Shown one piece after another: positions 46,858 to 56,972 of a stretch of 64,000 nt of DNA (the stretch's first letter is position 1; each line of letters begins with the position of its first letter). The translations under genes were made by a program, and so were the position numbers. The notes under the pieces are model-generated. The model was not told the origin of the DNA. It made no database searches and saw only the letters and a program-made list of their open reading frames with translations. The stretch is from Candidatus Omnitrophota bacterium (GTDB lineage: Bacteria; Omnitrophota; Gorgyraeia; JAHJTE01), in NCBI GenBank assembly GCA_018830005.1, contig JAHJTE010000003.1, forward strand, positions 199,674 through 263,673. Direction: 5' to 3'.

Positions 46858-48144
46858 TTATTCCTTTGCCAACTTAACCAAAAGACCCATAAGGTCTTTG
46901 CCTAAAAGCGTACCTAAACTCCCCTTGCTGCACGCTTTCTCAGAGAAGCTCAAGGCTCCTTCGGGTTTTATGCCTGAGGCGCTGATTAACAAAGGTACAG
47001 GATCAGCAGAATGTGCCTTAATTTTACAAACTGTAGAGTGATCAGCCGTAACGGCAATTAGAACATTAGACAAATCATTTTTCTTTTTCAACAGCTGGCC
47101 AAAAAAGAATTTATCAATTGCCTCGATCGATTTCTTTTTCTTCGCATAATCACCGTCATGCGCTGGCTCATCTGGTCCTTTAATGTGAATATACAATCCG
47201 TCAAATTCATTGATCCTCTCATATGCAATCTTGGCCCAGATTCCATAGTCAACATCCAAATGCCCAGTCTGGGAAGGCACCTCTACGATATCAATTCCAG
47301 TAAGCAGGGCTATACCGCGTTCAACCGGCATTTCCACAAATGAACCAAACTTAACTTTATATTCTTCGCTAACAGGCGGAAATTTAGGAAGTCTATTGCC
47401 CGCATCACGGGAAAGAATAACATTTGCTGACAACTTACCGTCTTGGATACGTTTTTTATTAACAAAAGACTTATTCAGAACCTCGTTAGATTTTTTAGTA
47501 AATTCATTAATAAGCCTTGCTGCTTCTTGGGCAGAAGATGAATCGCCTGCTTCAGCAACAACCTGCGCCTCTTTTAGGCGCATTTGGAATTTCTCCTTTG
47601 CTATACCAAAAAAGCCCTGCTTTTCATAGGCAGGATCTGTATTACTGATGCCAGCGCTTAAATTCCCATTTTTGCTTCTTATTACAAGAACACCCCGATG
47701 TCCTATCGTGTTTTTAAATTCAAAAGTGGCGTCGGTTAAATTCACATTAGCGTTAATCTCTTTTGCCAAGGCAGTTGCTTCTTGGGTGGAAAGGTTTCTT
47801 CCTACCCTGCGGTCCTTAATAGTTACACCATCATCAGCCACTGTTGCAAAATTCACCCTAAAGGCAATATCCCCATCTTTGACTTCTATGCCTTCGGCAA
47901 AGGACTCTAATGGACCCCTGCCTGTATAATACTTATGTGCATCGTAGCCTAATAAACTAATAACTGCAATGTCTGATTCAGGCGCAATGCCTTCACCCAC
48001 TGTATACATAAGGCCTGTAATTCCAGTTTGGGCCAGTCTATCCATATGCGGAGTAAGTGCTGCCTCAAGCGGAGTCTTATTACCCAGCTCTTTAATCGGC
48101 TGATCACCCAAGCCATCTAAAACCACGTAAAGAATCTTTTTCAT
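46858..48144 (-). CDS. apgM: 2,3-BPG-independent phosphoglycerate mutase, ApgM type
   Basis: DGLGD, TPLEAA.TP.MD, PESD, GRG..E, K.PDE..HDG, TADH, H..DPVP. Confidence 0.9.
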   Translation of the reverse strand: MKKILYVVLDGLGDQPIKELGNKTPLEAALTPHMDRLAQTGITGLMYTVGEGIAPESDIAVISLLGYDAHKYYTGRGPLESFAEGIEVKDGDIAFRVNFATVADDGVTIKDRRVGRNLSTQEATALAKEINANVNLTDATFEFKNTIGHRGVLVIRSKNGNLSAGISNTDPAYEKQGFFGIAKEKFQMRLKEAQVVAEAGDSSSAQEAARLINEFTKKSNEVLNKSFVNKKRIQDGKLSANVILSRDAGNRLPKFPPVSEEYKVKFGSFVEMPVERGIALLTGIDIVEVPSQTGHLDVDYGIWAKIAYERINEFDGLYIHIKGPDEPAHDGDYAKKKKSIEAIDKFFFGQLLKKKNDLSNVLIAVTADHSTVCKIKAHSADPVPLLISASGIKPEGALSFSEKACSKGSLGTLLGKDLMGLLVKLAKE

Positions 48145-48169
48145 ACAAAAAATTACCTTATATTTTTAT

Positions 48170-50464
48170 CTAGCACTTAGAATATCCGCACGCGTAACAT
48201 TTAATACAGCCTTCTTCATGCCGCAGGGCGCCGCCACAATCAGGGCATACCCCGACAATATTTGCGCTGCGAAGAACTCTGTTTATGACACGCTCCTCGT
48301 TAACTAAGATATCCTCCTTACTTGCTGCCTCATCCTCTACGTCCTCATTTGAGGTATCTAGCAATCTCTTCTCAACCACGCGGGAAATAGCATCAGCGCA
48401 AGAGAAAATGCGCACACCTTTCTCCCAAGAAGGAGACGGACATCGTATGCCTCTTAATTGCTCAATAATTGATTTTACGTCTAAATCAGAACGCAAAGAC
48501 AAAGAAACAAGCCTGCCAATAGCCTCTAATTGACTAGCAGCACAGCCTCCTGCCTTGCCCATCTGAGTAAAGACCTCAAATGGCCTGCCTTTTTCATCGG
48601 AATTTATCGTTACATAGAGATTACCGCAACCTGTGGCGACCTTTGTCGTAGTACCGCAGACAACCTCAGGTCTTGCCCTGGGAATAATCTTCTTCTTGAA
48701 GGCATCAGTATCTGGTTCGTCTTTGTCTTTAGCTTTATTTATATTTAAGACCTGCTCTTCTCTGCTGCCATCACGATAGATTGTAACACCTTTGCATCCT
48801 AGCCTATACGCTAACATATAAACTTCGCTGACATTATCTTCAGTAGCATCATTGGGAAAATTTACTGTTTTGGATACGGCATTATCCGTGTATTTCTGAA
48901 ATGCAGCCTGCATGCGGATGTGCCAGGTCGGCGAGATATCGTGCGCAGTCACAAAAATCTTGCGCACATCCTGGGGTATCTCCTGAATCTCTGCTATAGA
49001 ATTTGCCTCAGCGACTTTTTCCATCAACTCCTTAGAATAAAAACCTCTTTCCTTGGCCACCTGCTCGAATATTGAATCAACCTCAACAAGCTTATCCTTA
49101 TCCATGACATTCCGATAATAAGAAATAGCAAATACAGGTTCTATACCAGAAGAACAAGGCCCGGCAATAATACTAATTGTGCCTGTTGGCGCAATTGTAG
49201 TTACTGTTGCATTCCTTAAAAACAAAGGTGGATCAGACTTGGCATAAATACTTTTATTAAATGCAGGAAATGTCCCGCGCTCATTTGCAAGCTCAGCTGA
49301 TTTTTTTCTTGCTTCATCTAAGATAAACGACATTAATTTCTCAGCCAAGACCACAGCCTCTTCGCTGTTATAAGGAGTCCCTAATAAAAACAGTAAACTT
49401 GCCCAACCCATCACGCCTAAACCAATCTTACGAGTTAGTTTTGTCTTGGTCTCGATCTCGGATAAAGGAAACTTATTTAAATCAATAACATTATCCAGAA
49501 AATGCACTGCAGTATGGGTGATGCGTTTTAACCTCTGCCAGTCTATATCGGATTTAGCGCCTTCCTTCTTAACCATTAAGGAAAGGTTTATAGAACCTAA
49601 ATTACAACTCTCATACGGCAAGAGGACCTGTTCTCCACAGGGATTAGTTGACTCATACATTCCCAACTCTGGCGTAGGATTAAATTTATTCATCTTATCA
49701 ATGAAGATAATCCCTGGTTCACCATTATTGTGTGCCATCTTTACAATCAAATCAAAGACTTCCTTGCTATTAAGCTTGCCTGTCGCTTCCTTTGTATGCG
49801 GGTCAATCAAATCATAGTCTTGGCCTGCCTCTAATTTCTTCATAAAATCATCTGTAACAGCCACGGATATGTTGAAATTATTTATCTTTTTATCTTCGTG
49901 CTTGCATTTAATAAATTCTAAGATATCTGGATGGTCAACCCGCAGTATTCCCATGTTCGCCCCACGACGAGCTCCACCCTGTTTCACAGCCTCAGTCGCA
50001 GCATCAAAGACCTTCATAAAGGAAACCGGCCCAGAGGCAACACCTCCCGTAGATTTAACTACTGAATTCTTAGGGCGCAAACGAGAGAAGGAAAAACCCG
50101 TGCCACCGCCACTTTTATGGATCATAGCCGTTGACTTTATTGCTTCAAAAATACTTTCCATGGCATCATCTACGGGGAGAACAAAACAAGCTGATAACTG
50201 ACCTAGCTCCTTTCCCGCATTCATAAGTGTGGGTGAATTTGGCATAAATTCTAAGTTAGTCATTGCCTCATAAAATCTAGATGCGGTCTTCTCAAGCTTG
50301 GCCCTATCTGCAGCGTAGAGTTTATCAGCAGAGGCTATAGCCTTAGCAACCCTCTCAAACATCTCCTGGGGGGTTTCTATAACTTTTGCCTTGCTATCCT
50401 TTTTTAGATAACGCCGTTCTAACACTGTTATGGCATTCTGGGAAAGCTTAACGGACATGTTCAC
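48170..50464 (-). CDS. nrdJ: Class II (adenosylcobalamin-dependent) ribonucleotide reductase with C-terminal TSCPD/zinc-ribbon domain
   Basis: PNSPTL.NAG, LSACFV, TNPCGE..L...SCNLGS, IAPTGT, KG.T.YRDGSR, terminal CPDCG...C..CGYSKC. Confidence 0.95.
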   Translation of the reverse strand: MNMSVKLSQNAITVLERRYLKKDSKAKVIETPQEMFERVAKAIASADKLYAADRAKLEKTASRFYEAMTNLEFMPNSPTLMNAGKELGQLSACFVLPVDDAMESIFEAIKSTAMIHKSGGGTGFSFSRLRPKNSVVKSTGGVASGPVSFMKVFDAATEAVKQGGARRGANMGILRVDHPDILEFIKCKHEDKKINNFNISVAVTDDFMKKLEAGQDYDLIDPHTKEATGKLNSKEVFDLIVKMAHNNGEPGIIFIDKMNKFNPTPELGMYESTNPCGEQVLLPYESCNLGSINLSLMVKKEGAKSDIDWQRLKRITHTAVHFLDNVIDLNKFPLSEIETKTKLTRKIGLGVMGWASLLFLLGTPYNSEEAVVLAEKLMSFILDEARKKSAELANERGTFPAFNKSIYAKSDPPLFLRNATVTTIAPTGTISIIAGPCSSGIEPVFAISYYRNVMDKDKLVEVDSIFEQVAKERGFYSKELMEKVAEANSIAEIQEIPQDVRKIFVTAHDISPTWHIRMQAAFQKYTDNAVSKTVNFPNDATEDNVSEVYMLAYRLGCKGVTIYRDGSREEQVLNINKAKDKDEPDTDAFKKKIIPRARPEVVCGTTTKVATGCGNLYVTINSDEKGRPFEVFTQMGKAGGCAASQLEAIGRLVSLSLRSDLDVKSIIEQLRGIRCPSPSWEKGVRIFSCADAISRVVEKRLLDTSNEDVEDEAASKEDILVNEERVINRVLRSANIVGVCPDCGGALRHEEGCIKCYACGYSKC

Positions 50465-50534
50465 ACCTCATTGAATATGATTACGGGGATTATTGAAATT
50501 AAGATTTTCTTTAGAACGATCTCAAGTGCTAAAA

Positions 50535-50618
50535 AGTATACATCTGTTTTGTTTTTCTGTCAAGCAGAAAAATACTATATATAGTAGATATCTGAAGAAA
50601 GGATACAATAGATGGTGG
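50535..50618 (-). promoter_or_regulatory. nrdJ promoter with tandem NrdR boxes
   Basis: TTGACA(50558-63)-N17-TATACT(50535-40); boxes ATACTATATATAGTAG (50572-87) and ATACAATAGATGGTGG (50603-18) resemble acaCwAtATaTwGtgt and start 31 bp apart. Confidence 0.85.
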
Positions 50619-50639
50619 TCATAACCTCGCTGCAGCCCC

Positions 50640-51635
50640 TTAAACGAATGGCACAACAGAATCGCGAATAACCAATTCTGTTTTGAGAACAGAACTTTTT
50701 ATTGTCTTGGGTTTTCCGGAAATAATATAGAGCAATGTCTCTAAGGCCTTCTCGCACATTTCAGTCAATGGTTGCCTGACAGTGGTCAATCTGATCGGAC
50801 CAAAAAGTCCTACAGGATCATCATCAAAACCAATGATTGAAATATCGCTGGGAACCTTGATACCTTTTTCCGATAAACAAGACACTACCTCCATTGCCAT
50901 ATCATCACTTGCCACAAATATAGCAGTCGGCTTATTATGCATCTTAATAATCTTCTCACTTGCGGCCCGAGCAGAATTACGAGAGTAGTCAGCCTTAAAT
51001 ATATACTTTTCATTTACTTGAATTCTGTTATCAGTTAACGCCTTTTTATATCCCTTAAGCCGCTCCTGGGCTGCCTGCGTATGCAGATCACCGCTGATAT
51101 GAACGATAGACTTATGCCCTAGACTTATAAGATAATTCACTGCCTCACGTGCACCAGCCCTATTATCAATATAAATGCAATTTACATTTTTAGAATCTAT
51201 TCTTTTGTTGATGACAACACTAGGAATGCCTTGATCTAAGACTTCATCCACCTGATTTTCATTACCAATAACATCGGCAAAGATTATGCCGTCTACTGAA
51301 CCTAAATTAGGGAAGGCGCGCTTGCCGCCAAGATGAAGCAATAAATCCAACTTCATCCTTTCGCAAATCGTTCCAATAGAACGAATAATTTCAATCGCAT
51401 AAAATGAATGAAATAATCCACTGTAGCGAGGAATAGCTAAACTAATAGTATTTGCCCTTCCTCCCGCAAGGCGTTGAGCACTTGTATTGGGCCGATACTT
51501 TAATTTACGGATAGTCTCTTCAACCTTAAGGCGATTTCTCGAAGTTACAGAGGGGAATTTATTTATAACGCGGGATACTGTTGTGGTAGAAACTGATGCA
51601 GCCTTTGCTACATCCAGAATTGTAATTTTTTTCAT
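50640..51635 (-). CDS. LacI family transcriptional regulator
   Basis: TILDVAKAASVSTTTVSRVIN HTH, YRPN..A, VP.DISIIGFDD, LTTVRQP. Confidence 0.95.
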   Translation of the reverse strand: MKKITILDVAKAASVSTTTVSRVINKFPSVTSRNRLKVEETIRKLKYRPNTSAQRLAGGRANTISLAIPRYSGLFHSFYAIEIIRSIGTICERMKLDLLLHLGGKRAFPNLGSVDGIIFADVIGNENQVDEVLDQGIPSVVINKRIDSKNVNCIYIDNRAGAREAVNYLISLGHKSIVHISGDLHTQAAQERLKGYKKALTDNRIQVNEKYIFKADYSRNSARAASEKIIKMHNKPTAIFVASDDMAMEVVSCLSEKGIKVPSDISIIGFDDDPVGLFGPIRLTTVRQPLTEMCEKALETLLYIISGKPKTIKSSVLKTELVIRDSVVPFV

Positions 51636-51645
51636 ACTTATAAGA

Positions 51646-51676
51646 GAAAAATATGCCCGTAAAAAAATTTACGGGC
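51646..51676 (-). terminator. Hairpin/terminator upstream of the LacI gene
   Basis: GCCCGTAAA-TTTT-TTTACGGGC followed by ATATTTTT. Confidence 0.6.
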
Positions 51677-51733
51677 GGTAAGAATTTTAAAGCTTAGACA
51701 TGAGAAAATCTATTTCTAGCAACTATTTAAAAT

Positions 51734-52915
51734 TTATCTTACAGTATCGCCAATCCTAATATCGCGTTTGGGATTAACATTAATGACATCTGCTGCACTT
51801 ATATTCTTTCGTGCCTGAATTACCTCAAGGCGCGCTATTGTGACCTTATTGCGATAAACGTCAAACTTTCTTCCGATTGTCACGCCTTGATTTTCACCTA
51901 AATTTATTACGACAAAATTATTCGTTTCATTTATAGCAATAACCTTACCAGAAATAATCCTTAAATCATTGATCGCATCTATCTTCTCACCCTTGACTAT
52001 TATCGGCGGTAATTCCACTCCTTTAGTTTCGCCCTCTTGACTGGCGGCACTCTTGATCTGCTCATAACCGGACATAGCCTTTATCTCTTCTGTGGCAAGA
52101 GTCACCTCTTGAATTTTTTTCTCAATATCAAGATTCATTTCTTCAACCTTTTTATCTAACTGACTTCTCTCTTCATCAATCCTTTTTAATTTATTTTTAA
52201 GTGAAAAATTTGTCTTATCTACTTCCTTTATTCTTGCGCGCAGCGATATATTTTCCTGCTTTATATTTTTAACCTGCTCTAAGATTTCCTTTTTATCCTT
52301 TTGTTCGCGCATCAGCTCTTTCGAGAGATTTTCAGCCAGACGCTCATTGTAGGTAACTTGGCGCGACATGTCTTGATTATTCTGCTCTAGTTGCGAGACA
52401 GCTAAGGTCAGATCATTCTTTTCTTGCTCTGCCTTATCTAATCTCAATTGTAAATCACTCACCACATCTTTTAAATCAGATAATCTCAATTCTAAGTCAG
52501 CCTTGCTCTTTAGGATGCTGGCCCAATATTCATCCGGCTCTAGCATCTCAGCTTGAGTAGGCTCAAAGGCTGGCCCTTCCTTCTTTGCCAGGGCTAAGCC
52601 TTGTAACTTTCCTACTAACTCTTCCTTTTCTTTCGATAACAGCTCGTATTTTTCTACTGCACTATCACGTTCACCCTTTAAATCATTTATATCTTTTTCA
52701 AGCCCTGAGATCTTAACCTGCAGCTGCTCCTTATCTTCTTTCAGACGAGAAACCTGACCTGACCAATTACTTGTCTGGGTGTTAAGTTTTGTTTTTATCT
52801 CTTCATAGCCCTGTTGAAATGACTGTCTCTGTTGAAAAAGTTGAAGCAAGAAAAATATACTTACTAATAATAAAATTAATAATCCAATAATAATTAGTTT
52901 TGGACCTTTCCCCAT
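51734..52915 (-). CDS. Membrane-anchored long coiled-coil protein with C-terminal small beta domain
   Basis: N-terminal TM, about 250 aa of heptad repeats, C-terminal GKV..IN...FVVINLG...GV..G..F.VYR...IGD.V. Confidence 0.7.
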   Translation of the reverse strand: MGKGPKLIIIGLLILLLVSIFFLLQLFQQRQSFQQGYEEIKTKLNTQTSNWSGQVSRLKEDKEQLQVKISGLEKDINDLKGERDSAVEKYELLSKEKEELVGKLQGLALAKKEGPAFEPTQAEMLEPDEYWASILKSKADLELRLSDLKDVVSDLQLRLDKAEQEKNDLTLAVSQLEQNNQDMSRQVTYNERLAENLSKELMREQKDKKEILEQVKNIKQENISLRARIKEVDKTNFSLKNKLKRIDEERSQLDKKVEEMNLDIEKKIQEVTLATEEIKAMSGYEQIKSAASQEGETKGVELPPIIVKGEKIDAINDLRIISGKVIAINETNNFVVINLGENQGVTIGRKFDVYRNKVTIARLEVIQARKNISAADVINVNPKRDIRIGDTVR

Positions 52916-52942
52916 TTTACCCCCTATTTAACAAAATTAATC

Positions 52943-54184
52943 TCAGGCCTCAGCAAACATATTGCGCACTACTAAACTTGCCGCACCTAAGGCTACGGAA
53001 TTTTCCCCTAAACGAGACGGGATAACCTTTACGGCCTTAGCCATCTCCTTAAAAGACCACTCGTCAATTTCACTTCTTATAACATCAAGCAGAGCAGTGC
53101 CTGCCTCTTCTAGGCCACCGCCAATAATTATTAACTGAGGGTTTAGAAAGTTTACAAGAAAGGCAAGCTTTCTGCCCAGTCTCTTTGCTGCAGCACTAAC
53201 CAATTCTAAGGCTGTTGTATCTGCCTGGCGTGCTGCTTTAAACACAGAAGAAAGCGTAATTTTGGTTATATCATTGCCTGCCAATTTCATGATCGTTGAG
53301 GAACTTTGTAATTCCGGATAAGAGACAAATTTATTCTTTGCTGCATCTAAAATACCTAAATCCGCCTCAGTACGTTTCAATAAACAAGGAGAACCGAAGT
53401 CACAATTAAAAAATCCATCATCCTTTGAATCTGATATAGAAAACTCCCCTGCTCCTCCACTTGCACCGCGATAAATCTCACCATTTATCATGATACCGCA
53501 ACCTACTCCTGAAAATAAATAAAGAATGTGCTTTGTCTCTGCGTTCAAAGTCAGCCACTGTTCCCCAAAACAGGCCAATGTGGCATCATTGTCAATAAAG
53601 GCATCTAGTCCAAACTCGTGCTCGATAATATCCTTCAACGGCAGATAGACTGTTGCATAATTAGTCGGGTCTTGCGAAATCCTTTGCGGCCAAGAGACTG
53701 TTTCGCCCTCTTTATCTACGACGCCAGCTATTCCTATGCCTATTCCTTCAATTATCTTGTTCTGTTTTTTTGCCTCAGCCTGAAGTTCTTTAATAATCTT
53801 AATGATTGAGGCAACTATATCCTGAATATTTAACTCTGGCTTTTCATTTTTTATGCAGTGTAGCAACTTGCCGTTGAGGTCGGTCATCACTCCTACCATA
53901 TGCAATAAATTTAAACCAACGCCAATAGCAACTCCTCGCTGCAGATTAAGATCAAGTAAGAGTGGCCTGCGGCCCCCGCCTGAAACATCAAGCGTCTTCT
54001 CCATAACTATATTTTTTTTCAAAAATTCTTCGATGTAATTCGAAACAGTAGCGATATTAAGCCCCACGAGTTTAGATATATCTGTTTTACTTATCGGGCC
54101 ACTGCGTCTAATAGCTTCTAAGATAGCCAGATTTCTTCGCGATCTTTCAGTCAAAATCTCGCCTTCAAATCTTGAAGTCTTCAC
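52943..54184 (-). CDS. ROK family transcriptional regulator
   Basis: N-terminal wHTH (GPISKTDI..., GGRRP), IDNDA, G.G.GI..NG..YRG..G.AGE. Confidence 0.92.
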   Translation of the reverse strand: MKTSRFEGEILTERSRRNLAILEAIRRSGPISKTDISKLVGLNIATVSNYIEEFLKKNIVMEKTLDVSGGGRRPLLLDLNLQRGVAIGVGLNLLHMVGVMTDLNGKLLHCIKNEKPELNIQDIVASIIKIIKELQAEAKKQNKIIEGIGIGIAGVVDKEGETVSWPQRISQDPTNYATVYLPLKDIIEHEFGLDAFIDNDATLACFGEQWLTLNAETKHILYLFSGVGCGIMINGEIYRGASGGAGEFSISDSKDDGFFNCDFGSPCLLKRTEADLGILDAAKNKFVSYPELQSSSTIMKLAGNDITKITLSSVFKAARQADTTALELVSAAAKRLGRKLAFLVNFLNPQLIIIGGGLEEAGTALLDVIRSEIDEWSFKEMAKAVKVIPSRLGENSVALGAASLVVRNMFAEA

Positions 54185-54244
54185 CTTTTCGGCATCACTT
54201 TCCCGTGGCTTTATGATATTTTAGCTAATATATAAACTATTTTA

Positions 54245-54273
54245 ATAATACTACACAAGCTAAATTAAGTCAA
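54245..54273 (-). promoter_or_regulatory. Putative sigma70 promoter for the ROK gene
   Basis: TTGACT-N17-TATTAT. Confidence 0.5.
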
Positions 54274-54368
54274 TAGGTTATCGTATTATTTTACTACAGA
54301 CAGACAGGTAATTTCTGGATAAAAAAATAAGGCTGGTTTTTTGAGGTTAGTTTATGAACTACTTATAT

Positions 54369-55670
54369 CTAATCCCTGCTCCAGTATTCCTCCAATGCAT
54401 AGTATACCTTCTTGGGAATGCGCTCATCAGGACCGTCTTCCGCAACAAGCCTGACAATCCCCCACCATTCTTCATTCATATTTAAATTGCCTTCAGCAGC
54501 AATATCAAAATAGTAAGCTCCGTTTGACCAACCCGCTGTCTCATCGTGGATTGACCACTTTTGTGGATTATATTCTTCTGTCTTCCACCATTCGTCAGTC
54601 CACTCAAACACAACTCCGCCCAGACAGTTGCCTTCACCGCTTGCGCCAGCCAAATTCCTTTCAATCTCTTTCCATTCAGAAATTATAAATTGAGTCTGCA
54701 TATCCTCATCAGGCTGCTTGGTATGCGCGTTAAAAGAGTCAGAGCCGAATTCTGAAATAAAAAAGGCCTTGCCCCAAAGATCCTTAACCCGGCTGAATAA
54801 CCTGCCGAATGATTTTCCGCTGTAAATCGAACAGGCCAAAATATCCACGTGACTGGAGTGCTCTTTTGCCGTCTCAATAAAATCAATACCACCATTACCT
54901 AAGGCAACAGGATGGTCCGGATCAATATCCTTTATACAGGCTGCGATCTCATTGATAAACTTATAATAGACTTTTGCCTTCGCCTGCCTCTTTTTATAAG
55001 GATCTTTGATTTCGTCTAATCTAAGACTGCTCCAGAGGCGTAGCCTCTGTTTACCAAAAGAAAAATTATTTTCGTTACCTAAAACCCACAACAGGATACC
55101 TTCTGTATCCTTAAGCTCATTGACCATGGCCAGACAATCACGTTTAACGCTCTGCCTAAATTCAGAATTGTCATAATCAGGGTATGTCCCTTGCCAAAAA
55201 CCTATCCAATGCCCCATTATTGTACGTATGCCAAATTCTTCGTAGAAATAATTAATAATCTCCTTAGTCCGCTCAATATCAGGTCCGGGCTGATATATGC
55301 GTATTGCATTTACCCCCATATCCTGCATTAATTGCGCATCCTTTTTAAAAACCTCTAAATCCTGCTGCCAAAAATCATAAGAATAGTTTTTGCCGATAGG
55401 AACAGGGCTATAACACACGCCTTTAATTACGAATGGGACACTTCTTGTTAAAAGCTGATAATCACCCTCTTTGGTTTTGGCTATCCTTACCTTTGGTTTG
55501 GCAGGAAGGCCGGATTTCAAGAAGTCAAAGCCAACTAAGAATAACAAAGAAAAAACCAGAAGCAAAATCAGAGATAGGTTTTTTTCTCTTGCTTCTGGCT
55601 TTCTTTTTTTATGCTTTCTTATTTTAAATATCCCCTTAGTCGATCCAACTTGCGCTACAGAATCACTCAT
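54369..55670 (-). CDS. Clan GH-A TIM-barrel glycosidase (GH2-TIM/GH158-like), N-terminally anchored
   Basis: IKGV.YSP.P.G, MGVNAIR.Y, LGNENN (acid/base), ISEFG (nucleophile), FEWTDEWWK. Confidence 0.8.
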   Translation of the reverse strand: MSDSVAQVGSTKGIFKIRKHKKRKPEAREKNLSLILLLVFSLLFLVGFDFLKSGLPAKPKVRIAKTKEGDYQLLTRSVPFVIKGVCYSPVPIGKNYSYDFWQQDLEVFKKDAQLMQDMGVNAIRIYQPGPDIERTKEIINYFYEEFGIRTIMGHWIGFWQGTYPDYDNSEFRQSVKRDCLAMVNELKDTEGILLWVLGNENNFSFGKQRLRLWSSLRLDEIKDPYKKRQAKAKVYYKFINEIAACIKDIDPDHPVALGNGGIDFIETAKEHSSHVDILACSIYSGKSFGRLFSRVKDLWGKAFFISEFGSDSFNAHTKQPDEDMQTQFIISEWKEIERNLAGASGEGNCLGGVVFEWTDEWWKTEEYNPQKWSIHDETAGWSNGAYYFDIAAEGNLNMNEEWWGIVRLVAEDGPDERIPKKVYYALEEYWSRD

Positions 55671-56793
55671 ATCTTATTTCATCAATATAGAAAACAACTC
55701 CCTCAGGATTTACATCCACATTAGTAGACCAGGTAAAACCGCCGCTTATATAACTTAGATCTTTACCCTTTAAGTCTATAACATACTGTTTCCATTTATC
55801 AGTTAAAATAACCGGACCAATACCAGCTGAGTCTGAATCAGAGTATTTACCCATTAAACCACCGATCTTAAATTCCTCGATCCTCTCTCCGCCTTTTTCG
55901 CCCCTTGCCCAAAAACTAAGTTTGCTGGCCTTGGATAAATCATAGCCGCCATCAACATTTCCCCAGTTGTTGGGAGGGCTCTGCCAATAAACGCCGGCCC
56001 AACGAGCACCATTAGACATATTTCCAGAATAAACTATTTTTACACAGCTTTCTCCTGATGTGGGATTATCAGCTGAGGCCTGATCTATAGATATATCACC
56101 ATAATCTCCCATCCAGCCAGAAGGTGTGAAATGATTCTTCAAAGACATCCTGTCAGTATATACATAAAATGGCATCAGCTCAGCTGCTTTGACTTCAGGT
56201 TTCATTGATTCATCTTTCTCGAATTTAATTTCATCGATGTAGAAAACCGCTCCATCAGGGTTTAGATCTGCGCTTGTAACAAACACAAATCCTCCGCTTA
56301 TATAGCTTAAATCCTTTTCTGCCAAATTAATGGTATATTTCTCCCAGGTGTCGCTCAATTCAACTGGGCCAAAATCTACTTCTGTTGAATCTGGATACGT
56401 GCCTTTAATTCCGCCGACTTTTAACTTCTCTATTATTTCACCGCCAGATTTTCCCTTTGCCCAAAAAGTTAGCTTGGTCATTCCAGTCAAATCATAACCA
56501 CCCTGCCTTGAACCCCAGTTGTTAGGAGGATTCTGCCAATAAATACCAGTCCAACCAAAGCCTCCGGAACGTTTAGAGCTATAGGAAATCTCTATGCAAG
56601 TAGAGCCGCTGTAAGGCTCATTCCTTGACTCGTCGTTTAATTTAACATCACCATGATCTCCCATCCAGCCAGAAGGAATATAATGGTTATCAGGAGAATT
56701 CTTATCCATATACACGCTAAACACTTCCTGGGCACGAACTGATACTGTTGATAATAGAAAGATTACACTGAGTGCTAAAAAAACCTTTTTCAT
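55663..56793 (-). CDS. Secreted protein with two tandem CBM-like beta-sandwich domains
   Basis: Start moved to ATG 56793 (AAGGAGG SD); signal peptide; duplicated PSGWMGD / W.G.YWQ.PPNNWG / DLSYISGGF units. Confidence 0.75.
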   Translation of the reverse strand: MKKVFLALSVIFLLSTVSVRAQEVFSVYMDKNSPDNHYIPSGWMGDHGDVKLNDESRNEPYSGSTCIEISYSSKRSGGFGWTGIYWQNPPNNWGSRQGGYDLTGMTKLTFWAKGKSGGEIIEKLKVGGIKGTYPDSTEVDFGPVELSDTWEKYTINLAEKDLSYISGGFVFVTSADLNPDGAVFYIDEIKFEKDESMKPEVKAAELMPFYVYTDRMSLKNHFTPSGWMGDYGDISIDQASADNPTSGESCVKIVYSGNMSNGARWAGVYWQSPPNNWGNVDGGYDLSKASKLSFWARGEKGGERIEEFKIGGLMGKYSDSDSAGIGPVILTDKWKQYVIDLKGKDLSYISGGFTWSTNVDVNPEGVVFYIDEIRYE

Positions 56794-56916
56794 TATACTG
56801 CCTCCTTCATTAGAACCATGACCTATGTTAGTTACCACAAGTCCTGTCTTTATTTAATCTTTTAAAATCTTTTTAATTATCTTAGGAATCTGATTTGGTT
56901 TTTGTTGAGAATCTTT

Positions 56917-56945
56917 AGTATAATCTAAGCGTATAAAAAAGTCAA
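56917..56945 (-). promoter_or_regulatory. Sigma70 promoter for the CBM-GH gene pair
   Basis: TTGACT-N17-TATACT. Confidence 0.6.
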
Positions 56946-56972
56946 GCAAAATTGTCTTAGGATATTATGTAT

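Noticed and set aside
50465-50640. Cobalamin riboswitch before nrdJ
   Set aside because: No B12-box (GCCACTG) and no room for the fold; the region is explained by the promoter and NrdR boxes.
50575-50757. 60-aa minus-strand ORF upstream of nrdJ
   Set aside because: It overlaps the LacI 3' end and the NrdR boxes.
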